Of a DNA stretch of 64,000 nucleotides, positions 16,122-29,036 are shown piece by piece. The position numbers and the translations under genes were made by a program. The notes under the pieces are model-generated. The model worked only from the letters and a program-made list of their open reading frames with translations, searched no databases and was not told the DNA's origin. How positions within the stretch are numbered: the stretch's first letter is position 1; each line of letters opens with the position of its first letter. Source of the DNA: Strigamia acuminata (Eukaryota); assembly GCA_949358305.1 (NCBI GenBank), contig OX442314.1:16988001-17052000 (forward strand), read 5' to 3'.

Positions 16122-18472
16122 ATGGCAACTTCAATTTTGAGGCGACAACTTTACAAGTGGAATTTAGTAACTAAGGGAAAATGTATTCAAGGATACATGC
16201 ATTATAGTCTTAAAACAAGCGCTACGCATGAACGCTATCCGTATTTAAAAAGAGGCAACTTCTCCAGATTGTCAGAGGCCGATTTGGCACATTTTAGAAC
16301 GATTTTGGAAACTAATCAGATCTCTTCAGATGCCTTTGATCTACAACCTCACAACACCGACTGGCTTGGAAATTATAGAGGTTTGCAAAATAAACAATCT
16401 ATTAAAAAAAACCTGACCAAATAAATTAGCATTTTTATTTCTTGCAGGAATCAGCGAATTGATGTTAAAACCTCGAACAACTGAAGAAGTTTCGTCTATA
16501 TTAAAATATTGCTCAAAAAGACATTTGGCAGTGTGCCCTCAAGGAGGCAACACCGGTTTAGTGGGTGGCAGTGTGCCAGTGTTCGACGAAATAATTCTGA
16601 ACACATCATTACTCAATGACATCATAAGCTTTGACGATTTATCAGGTAGATTTTAATTGAAAACTTAAAGTCTGAGTTACTTTTTATTTTTTATTATCAG
16701 GAATATTGGTTTGCCAAGCAGGATGCATTCTTGAACGATTGGAAGAATATGTTTCTAACAAATCATGCACGATGCCTTTAGATTTAGGAGCTAAAGGCAG
16801 TTGTCAGATTGGAGGAAACGTCGCTACAAATGCAGGAGGGCTTCGTTTGATTCGTTATGGATCTCTTCATGGAAATGTTCTTGGATTAGAAGTGGCATGT
16901 TTATGCATTTACTTACGTTGCTCAATATCCTGTAATTAAAATTGCGGTTTTCCAGGTTTTAGCATCCGGGGAAATCCTTGACTGTATGTCGACAGTGCGA
17001 AAAGACAACACTGGTTACGACATTAAACAAGTATAACTCAATATTGACTTTCTATGTGTTCTGCTAATTTTGTTTTGTTACCAGCTCTTTATTGGGTCCG
17101 AGGGCACTTTAGGTGTTATTACTAAAGTTGCTATTGTTTGTCCACCAAAACCAAACTCTGTAGCTGTGTTGTTACTAGGTAATTTAAATATAATATTTAT
17201 TTTGTATTTTTTTTAATTTATTTTTTTGTGTGCAGGCTGTCAGAATTTTGGAACCGTAACTGAAACATATCGAGCTGCTCGTGAGTTGTTAGGCGAAGTG
17301 ATTTCATCCGTCGAATTCATGGATCACGAATGCATCAAATTGTGCGAACGTAATTTGAAACTCAAATCGCCATTCGCATCGGCGCATCCATTTTACACGT
17401 TGATCGAAGTCGCTGGATCTAACAAGCAGCACAATGTAGAAAAACTCGAACAATTTCTTCAACATTTAACGTGCCAAGACATCGTGAAAGATGGAATTCT
17501 GGCATCCGAAACGAGGCAAATACACGTAAGTTTTAAAAAATATACAAAGTATAAAAAAAAAAATTACGTTGTTTTCTGACTAAATTTCAAACCCACTACA
17601 GGCTGTCTGGGCCCTGCGAGAAAATATATCAGAAGCCTTAAAATTAGAAGGCGTTGTGTACAAATACGATATATCGGTCCCGATCGAAAATTTTACCTCC
17701 ATAATTGATAGTACACGGAGTAAATTGGGTGCTTTGGTCACACACTGTTGCGGCTTCGGTCATCTCGCAGATGGCAACTTGCATTTAAACGCCGTGGCTA
17801 AAACATACGATCCTGAAATCGTATCTTGTATACAGTCACATTTATATGCAGAAATCACAAAGTGTAATGGAAGTATAAGTGCGGAACATGGGATTGGATT
17901 CATGAAACGACAGGAAATGCCTAAAATTAAAACTTTGACGACCCTCGATATGATGTACCGGTTAAAAAAATTATTCGATCCGCAAAGCATTTTAAATCCC
18001 TACAAAATATTACCTTGATAAGTAAACATAAACTAATGACCTGTTGAATTTACAGACATTATGGCAATTAAGAGAAAGGCTTGCTGAAGCGCAAAAAATC
18101 GAGGGGTACGTTTATAAATACGACATTTCAATTCCCGTGTCAACGTTTCCTGATTTAGTGACTGGTTTACGAACTCGAGTAGCAGGAAAAGTTTCCTGTT
18201 GCGTAGGATATGGCCATTTGGGTGACGGAAATTTGCATTTGAACTGCACCACTTCTACGTTCGACGAAGAGCTTCAAAAGGAAATCGAAGATTTCGTGTA
18301 CGAGAAAGTGCGTGATTTAAAAGGAAGTGTTAGCGCGGAGCACGGCATAGGAGTTTCCAAACGTCCGTACGTACATTATAGCAAATCGAGGTCATTCCTC
18401 GATCTGGCAAAGAAATTAAAACTGCAATTGGACCCGTTTGAAATAATGAATCCGTACAAAGTGTTAAATTGA
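16122..18472 (+). CDS. D2HGDH: D-2-hydroxyglutarate dehydrogenase, mitochondrial, with two alternative terminal exons (17602-18018 and 18056-18472)
   Basis: [76 protein letters not shown] and SAEHGIG. Confidence 0.95.
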
Positions 18473-18748
18473 TGCGGAGTAAATTTGTTGTCATTTATTA
18501 GTATTAGTATCAAACGCAATGCACAACCCGCTACTTCGTCAGGCTTACTGGCCCATAATAATTAATTAAATAAAGTATTTTAATTATAACATGATTCCTC
18601 GCACTTCTTTCTTACAAAATATACATCTCTAGTGTTAACTTCTATTGAAAAAGATTTATGCTTTTTTTTAAACATTAAATTACAACTATTTTAACCTAAT
18701 AAAATTTTTTATGTTCAATTTTCTTAAAATCATAATTGCATCAAAGCA

Positions 18749-21387
18749 TTAATTCCTTTTTTCGGTCTTAAAATATGGTTTCAGAAGCTTAAAAATAAAA
18801 GGTGATGAAATGAACCAGCCAATGTAGATGCAATGACCGATGTAATAAACCGAACTGTACACCTGTAAAACAACACGTTTTAAAGTGGTGCAACAAGAGG
18901 AAAGTAAATGTGTTTACCTGCATCCATTTATATCGTTTTAAAAATACAAAAGGAACTAAACAATAACCCATAAATATCGTTACAAATGTTTTGAGGAAAA
19001 TCCATTTCAGTGGCTTGATGATATACATGTGCAGGAAATTATGTAGAATTGGAATCCGCTCTATGATTGATGCCACCTGTGCAATAATGTTATTGATGAT
19101 TTAAGTGAAATAAATTATTTGTTAACAGTGCTCACGTCTCGTTCAAATTTCATGACTGTAAATTCCAAGAAAAAGCACATGTAATATCCAGAATGCAGTC
19201 CGTGCCAAGCGGCCAGAAAAAAAAGGGACACCGCCTGCGATAGTAGTTTATTGCCCAAAAATTTAAGGCGTTTAAATACGTACCTAAAATTGATTTTAAT
19301 TTAGAACTGTTCTGTGTGGTAACGTAAAATTTACTCACTGTGCAACCCATAAGTTAGTGTTAATATTAAAAGATTTAATAATTTCAGCGAACGTTGTACT
19401 GCCTTCGTATATTCTAACTTTGAAGTTGGCACATCCATCCCATAAAGTATTTCCATCATCATCTTTACCGTTAAATGTAAGACCCGTTAATGTACAAGAA
19501 CCTTCCTGTAAATATATGATTAAAGTGACAAATATCAGTTTTGTTCCATTTTGGATGCTCGTGATTATCACTTACAGCTATTAGCCAACAAGAAATGTAT
19601 TTATACAATTGTATTTTCCCCCATATTCCAAGAATCAATAACCTTTGATAAAATGGCATAAGCTATCGTTGTTTTTAAAAAAAATTAAATTACAAATTAA
19701 TTTCTTTGTATAATTTGTTTTAACTTACCGCATAAGCATCAGACACGATGAAAATATCGGGAAGAAAAATCGACGCAACTTGATATAATAACAAGTAAAG
19801 CGCTCCAGCACCACCTCTTAGAAATCCTGCACCCAAACTAAAAAATAAAAATAAAAATTAGTGATGGCAGGATACAATTAAGCAATTAAGCGCATTCATA
19901 AAGTCCTGTTTAATTTGCAGTTTAATATGTTTTCTTGTTCAACTATCGTATGCATGCCCAATGCGACTGAAAACACTAACTAAACCACCATTTTCGAAGT
20001 TAAATCAAGACAAACATTGAATATGATGTTTAAAATGCTGTTTAGTCTAAATTACTTTATGAATGCACATACTGTTCATAATGTTAAAATAACCATTCTG
20101 GAAGTTCATCAACATTTTTATTAACGAATGACCCGTTGATGAAATCGAGATACCGTCGCATGGGAAACTGAGAAGAGCAGACAAGTATTAATGAAAAAAG
20201 TTGAAACTGAGTGTGTGTGTTATTCGATATTCAAATCTTACTTGAGGTCCAACCATAAATCCACCAAAAAAATATGTGTGACTAGCTATCTCTAAAAGTG
20301 ATGGAATTTTAGTGAGTGCAGTTTTTTTCTGCTCTGGTGACAATTGGCTCTGTTAAATATATTTTAAAAATTAAATTTGATTCTTTTTAGTAATAACGGC
20401 TTATTTACTTCGTCTCTGTGACCATCATACACGTCAAAAGTTAAACCGATCAATCGAAGGGTCAATACGCAATGAGGCATACTCCATGTGATATCATAAT
20501 TTTCGGTTCCAGTGTAATAGTAACCAACCAACAAATAAATCTGGAAGAAAATGTATTTTATGACATCAATCCTCGTTTCAGGTTATCTCTAAAAATAATA
20601 TTGTATAAATAAGTAAAGTTTGTAAATATTAGTATATTCTTTATTTTAGTGTTTATGTTCTGAAAACTTCAAATTTATTTTTTATTTTTTATTTTTTTTT
20701 AAAAATGTAACGTGCGATAATTTATTTATTATTTATTTATCTGCGACCCTGCTGCCATTTGCAAAGTTGGATGTGGTCCAACACGGAAAAACATTTGTTC
20801 GTCCTAATTGAGGGTTTTAGTCGAGAGGAATCCTCTATTTGGAGTTTTATTTTATTTTTGGTGCTCATGCTTTTCACTTTATTTTTTTTTAACAGGACAG
20901 CCAAATAAGATCTAAATTAATTTATGTAGGGTGAACGTACCATGTTAAATGCTAGAGAAACTACTACGGAAAGCGAAGTGCCACCAGCGACTACTAGCAG
21001 AAAATAAACAGTCGTAATGCATATCATGGAATGAATTAAACCAGTTCCTGTAATATTTAAGAAAATAAATAACGCGACAATTTTAAAATATTTTTAAAAA
21101 TATAATTAAATACTCACCATAATTAAAATAGCCCAAACATAGACCCGAAACTATAAAAAAGGTATGCTGTTTCACAGCATCTTTACCGAATAAAGTGTAG
21201 CGATGTAGAAGTGCTAATGGATAACCTTGATTGAAAAAGACACGTGAGTTTACACCCAAGGTAACAATAATGCCTATAATCAATTATTACCTAGTAAAAT
21301 TGAAATTAACAATCTCAACGCTGGTTCAGATGCACCAACATTGACCGCCAAAGAGCCTAATATGCTTCTTACAGGTAGATCTTCCAT
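18749..21387 (-). CDS. LPCAT3: Lysophospholipid acyltransferase 5 / LPCAT3 (MBOAT family, nessy-like)
   Basis: GASEPALRLLISILLGYP, YDITWSMPHCVLTLRLIGLTFDVYDG, GFMVGPQF, FNINTNLWVAQYVFKRLKFLG and AVWHG (catalytic His). Confidence 0.92.
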
Positions 21388-21904
21388 TATTTAGACTTTT
21401 TGTTGCTAGGAGTATAGAAAGTACACGACCATGATCACTGATAGCAGAATAAGAATCTCCCGAAGCAGGCAGCACAACACGACACAGATTTTGATCAGTT
21501 TTGTACTTGTATCATTACGAAGACGGTTATTGATGACGAGTTGTACGTCATTGTTCATCAAAAAATATACAGCAGTATCATAATTTGTAAACCTTAATCA
21601 ATCTCAAATAAGTCGGCATGAATGCATTTTATTTAATAAAAAAAAATTATAAATTAAAATTATTTCTTGCTCGGACAAAAAAACCCGTTAAATCATCATT
21701 GCTGGCGGATTTAAAAATGTTTTGTGATTGGTCTTGTGTAAGGCGGCTTGCCATTGGCTAAATTTTCTATAGTTACATTTCCGATTCCGATTCGCCATTT
21801 TTGGGTCTAACTTATTGGATATTTACAAATTTTTATAGTTTTTAATCGAAGTGAATTGTTATTTCCATTGAAAAAGAGACATTTTGAAACCTACGGCGTA
21901 TAAT

Positions 21905-23857
21905 ATGAGTTGCTACATTCAGGTAGCAGAGGACGAAAATGAAGAACCGATAGAACTACCGTGTGAAGACGATGGTACACTTCTGTTGACTACTTTGGCG
22001 GCGCAGTTTCCAGGAACTTGTGGCTTGAAATTCAGAAATATGGACACGGGGACTGTGAGGGGAGTTAGATTAGCTGATGGCAGATTGCACTCACCCGAAG
22101 GTGGCTGGGGAAATATCGTGTATATATGTGTTTTTCCTAAAGGTAATTCGAGTATTTGATGCGATGATCGTTAAGTTTAATGTTTTGATTTATATTCGCA
22201 GAAAATAAAAGGAAATCAGACGAACAGTTAGAAAACTCGACTGCTAAAACTAAACGTATGGAAATGAAACAAAAATGTTCGGATTTGATCGTTCTGGGGT
22301 TGCCGTGGAAAACAACTGAACAGGAATTGAGGGAATATTTTGAACCATTCGGAGAAGTTCTAATGGCTCAGGTTTTAATCCTCTTCGTCGAATCACTATC
22401 TTCCTTTAATATTTGGCCTTGGACAAATAAGTTGAAATGAAAACGAAGTCATCTCTGTGATTTTGGTTTTAAATATGTGCATACATCTAAAAAAAAAAAA
22501 AAAAAAAAAAAGCGATAAAAATTAAACGATGTTTTGTTCTTGACAAGTCAAAATAATGTAAATTTAATGTTTATTTGCTTTATAATTTTATGCATGCATT
22601 TTATTTAATGCTTAAAAATCTGTTGTGGGCAAAAAAGTAGCAGGAGATGATTTTTTTAAAAATTATTTTATACGAGACTTAACATTTTCAGATTATTGTT
22701 ATTTGATTTAATTATAAATTATATAAGTAAAGTAAATTCCGTTTAGAAACCCTTATTTCAAATTACTGAAAGAATGAATCATTTTGAGTGATTTTTTTTT
22801 CTTCTTCCGTTTATTCTAGGTTAAAAAAGATCCTAAAACGAGTCAATCAAAAGGCTTCGGATTCATCCGATTTGCTAGTTACGATTCTCAAATGCGAGTT
22901 TTGGCACAGAGGCACATGATAGATGGGCGGTGGTGCGATGTTAAAATTCCAAATTCAAAAGTACAACGAAGAAGCGCCTTTACATCAGAAATCTAAAGAA
23001 ATATTGTCTTTTTGCAGGAGGGTCACTTCCCACCAATGTGTCGGAAAGTATTTGTGGGTCGTTGTACAGAAGACATGACGGCCGACGACCTGCGTGAGTA
23101 TTTCTCCAAATTTGGCGAGGTAACAGACGTGTTTATCCCTAAACCTTTTCGAGCATTTGCATTCGTAACCTTCATGGATCCTGAAATTGCGCAAAGTCTA
23201 TGTGGGGAAGACCACATCATAAAGGGAAACAGCGTGCACGTGAGCACAGCAGCACCTAAAAACGATTCATCTCACAGTGGTCCTTTTGGGAGGGGCCCCG
23301 GGAGGATGGATCCCAAAGGATCGGGTGGATTTGGGGCCCAGCATCACGCCACCCTGAATAACACCCAGATGAGTTCGGCCAGTGGATGGGGGCAGAGCAC
23401 GGTGCACGGCCGAGCGAACGACATTCCCAATCTGGCGTCGCTAGGGAGCAGTCTCGGCTTAGGGACTGCAGGAATTGGAACTAGTGGTCAAGGTTTAACA
23501 AACAGCCAAAACGTAAACACAAATCCTGCCACCTTGGGAATGAGCGCTCTGAATTTGGGCGCTGCTCTTCCTTTAAGTTCGGCTATGGTAGCCGCAGCTT
23601 TAGGTCAAGCTGGTTGGGGCATTCTGGGCAATTTGCAAGCTCAAGGTGCACAAGACGGAGGAGCGACTTTTAATTCTGGCCAAAATAACCCTACGGGTGG
23701 CGGCCCGTCGGCCGGGTCGGCTAATACGCCCGGTCTGTTTAGTTGGATTTCGCAGAACCAAGGGGCGGGTGATAGCGGAGGTCCAAACAGTCAAGGAGGA
23801 GGCACTTGGCCTCAAAGGGATAATAAATCTGGTTTCAGCATGTCCATAACACCTTAA
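21905..23857 (+). CDS. TARDBP: TAR DNA-binding protein 43 (TDP-43/TBPH)
   Basis: N-terminal domain [24 protein letters not shown]1 [17 protein letters not shown]2 [17 protein letters not shown]...[10 protein letters not shown], and a Gly-rich tail with [13 protein letters not shown]. Confidence 0.97.
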
Positions 23858-26306
23858 ATTCTTTTTATCTAGTATCCATTACGTATTATTTTAAAATTGG
23901 TTCCCACCTCTCCCACTTCCCTCCCTTTGCCATTTAGATGTAGTTTTGGACGATGAAAAATTATTTGGTTTTGTTTTGTTTGTTTGTTTTGTTATTTTAA
24001 ATTAGTGGAAACAGAGAAATGACGTTCGAAAATTGTAGTATTAAATATGGACGGATGCTCTTATATATAGGCGTGTTAATATATTAAATAAGAGTTTTTA
24101 ATTATTATAAAAAGTATTAATGAAAATACAAATTGTGTATGTGTACATGGAATGAATGATGGGTCGAGACATGACAATCTCATTATTCAGGAAAAAAATA
24201 ACTAAAGAATAATCTTGTAAATGTGTTTCATTCCATTTTTCGTAAACTTGTACATAAGGTTGAATGGGACAAAGCAATGTTTTTTTTACTGTTTGAAAAA
24301 AGAAAGAAAGAAATAATTATAAAAAAAAATAATTAAAAAAAAAAACTCGTGACATCTGCAAAAACAATACTCTGAAAGTTATCAGGTTGTGTAAAGTTTT
24401 GAATTTAAATTTTTGTAAAGTGTAAAGATACGTTTAATTTTGACAAATTAAATTATCAAGTGTTGTGAAAATTTGGTTAATTTTTTAAAAGTGTGATAAA
24501 GGACAAAATAATGAAAGGAAAAAAAAAATAATAATAATTTTTTTGATGTGGATGTTACGAGGGCCAGTGTGAGTTGTCTATTTTAAGAGTATAAAATTTT
24601 TAATATATTCCTCTAAAAAGCAGTTGTGTGAAGAGCACAAATGTCCTTCTTGCGTTAATCCAGAGCTTGTTGTTATCTTATATTTAAAAGTGTCGTTAGT
24701 TGGTTGATATCTACACGTAGAAAAAGTACTTGTGTATATGTACATAAAAAAATTAACATTTGATTAGTTGGTTAAATCATTGAGTATTAGGTGTGAGAAC
24801 AGTTTGATTGATGTGGTTTTTTGCTAATTGTAACCCAAACTTTCATTCACAAACGCAATACATTTTACCGTAGAAAGAAATGAAGGGAGAAAATGCACTC
24901 GAAGAGTGACGACGATGATGCTCAAGTTAAATTGGAGCTAACATTTGGTTATATGAATGAATGGGGGAACCGAAAGCAAAAGTGAATAAGTCGAAGGTGG
25001 GGATTGTGCCTTATATATAAAAGGGATCTTAAAACAGAAATTAAAAGCTGTAAATTTGAGCGCTTTTCTTTTTCAAGTTATTTCAGATGTGAGGACCTCT
25101 TACAATCAATTATGGGCTAAATAATAGGTAAATTGTTTTTATAGCAGGTGCACGTTTCTCTGTCTGAAAGTTTTCAGTTTATCATCAAACAAACTGCTTT
25201 TGAATTCTGAATGATTTTTTTTGTTTTGTTTTTTTTTAATTTTATTTTTTCAAGTGGTTTTCACTTATTGCTTATCTGGTGTGAGAGACTTAAATGGAAA
25301 ATATATGTATATATATATATATTTTAAGTGCATTGTAATTATCAGAGTGAGTGACTGTGTGTGCATCTAATATTAAATTAATTTAAATTGAATTCGGTGT
25401 ACCTGAAATTTGAAAAAAAAAAAAAATGATTCGAAACAAGTTGAAGAGAGTGATGTGATGTGCATCGTGCTTGTCCTTCTGGATGATACTGTTTGATTGG
25501 ATTCGTTCTTTATTTTTATTTTATTTTTTGGTCCTGTCTGAATCAGTGCGCATGTGACTAAGAGTGCAAGTGGTTCCCTTCAAACGTGGCACTTGCAAAA
25601 CAATACAAATAAAAAATATTTAAAAAACAGGACTCGACTCGCTACATGTTAGAAAAACCGTCTGAATTAATGCCACATCACATTCTCTCGCCAATTATAA
25701 CTTAAAATTTATTCATTACATTTTCGACCCTAAAAATAGTTTAGTTTAAGAATGTGAAGTCTTCACATATGCACTTAACTCTGATGTGGCAAATTGACAT
25801 TGTTTTATAAATGGCCACTTTGCAGGGAACTCATTGTGAGCGTTTGGTTTTTAGATTGGATCTGCAAATTAAACGCCAAGGTTGTTGTTACAAGTGTGGA
25901 ACTTTTATTTTATTTTATTTCCTTCTTGGTTTGTAATTGTACGATTGGAATATGACATATCTAATTTTGTTCAGTGTGGTGTGCATTAGTGATGGTGACT
26001 GATCGGTGATCGTCAAAATGAAGAATGTTAGACATTTATGTGAATGTTTTTTTTGTCGATGTTTAGAAGAAATGATATGAGAGGCTGAATGAAGTTTGAA
26101 ATAAAAATCTCAATGTTTTAAAATCTGGTATATCGTTCTTTAATTACAAGCGACATCTATTTGATCCCAAAACCTTATTTACAATTTAAAATTCATAGCA
26201 AGGCACTTTAAAAACGGATGCGATGCAACCTTATTGCAAAAGCACAAATTTATGTTTGTCATGATTTAAAAATACGTTAACGCAAAAGACGCCACGTTAC
26301 TCATTT

Positions 26307-28261
<1,955 letters not shown>

Positions 28262-28577
28262 GCCCTTTTAAAAATGTATTCTCACTTGACACAAACACAA
28301 GAACCAGAACTTGCCTTAAACGAACCACGTGTACGCAAACGCATTGACCAAAGTTCTATTCTGTGGATCTATGACGAAGAAGTCGATTATGACGGGCGTT
28401 CAACTAAAGGGTTCGACAACCAGATGTCGCAACGATCACATAAATAAAAAAAATTAAGAAGACATAGGATCGGAAATCCAAAGGAAACTATGAAAGCAAG
28501 ATAAAAAACGAAATAAAATATTTTATTAAGAGGAACAAGAGCTTTGATTGACAAGGAAAAGTTGGCAGTGTTGGCTT

Positions 28578-28712
28578 CTCGGTTGGCACCACTGAGAACC
28601 TGACCCAAACGATCGATGAGTGGTAACACTAAAACCCGTTATTCTACATATCCCACTAGGCCAGGTATTAGTGTTAACACTTATCGATCGTTTAAGTCTG
28701 GTGCAAACCGGG
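28578..28712. repeat. Long imperfect inverted repeat (MITE-like or hairpin) in the SRM/VPS13D divergent intergenic region
   Basis: aaacgatcgatgagtggtaacactaa (28607-28632) matches the reverse complement of ttagtgttaacacttatcgatcgttt (28668-28693) at 24/26 positions. Outer arms are cggttggcacca / tggtgcaaaccg. Confidence 0.8.
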
Positions 28713-29036
28713 TCTTCCCAAAGTAATGTAACTCATTCAAAGTTTTGTCAATAGGGAGAGATACTGTTGTTTTGGAGAAGCGTCATAGCAATAAATATAT
28801 TCTATATTATTCTGCAAAATACGAGTCAAAATATAAGAAAGTTTACTCCTGATTTTCTATTATACGTACTTATCGCAATCTGACTTTTTCCTTTATAATA
28901 AATGATCGATTTCCGCTGAATGACAAAAGGAAAATACTGAAGTAATTATTTAGGTACGTCTTACTATTTCATTCAGAATTTTAAAACTTTTTACCTATTT
29001 CATCATTCATTTAGACTTTAGAACTCCAGTGGCATT

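Noticed and set aside
18044..18472. Separate gene or pseudogene downstream of D2HGDH
   Set aside because: No ATG or promoter, but an intact frame with an in-phase acceptor; treated as an alternative terminal exon.
22489..22511. Poly(A) run in a TDP-43 intron as a retro-insertion tail
   Set aside because: No TSD or recognisable element body; long A/T runs are common throughout the window.
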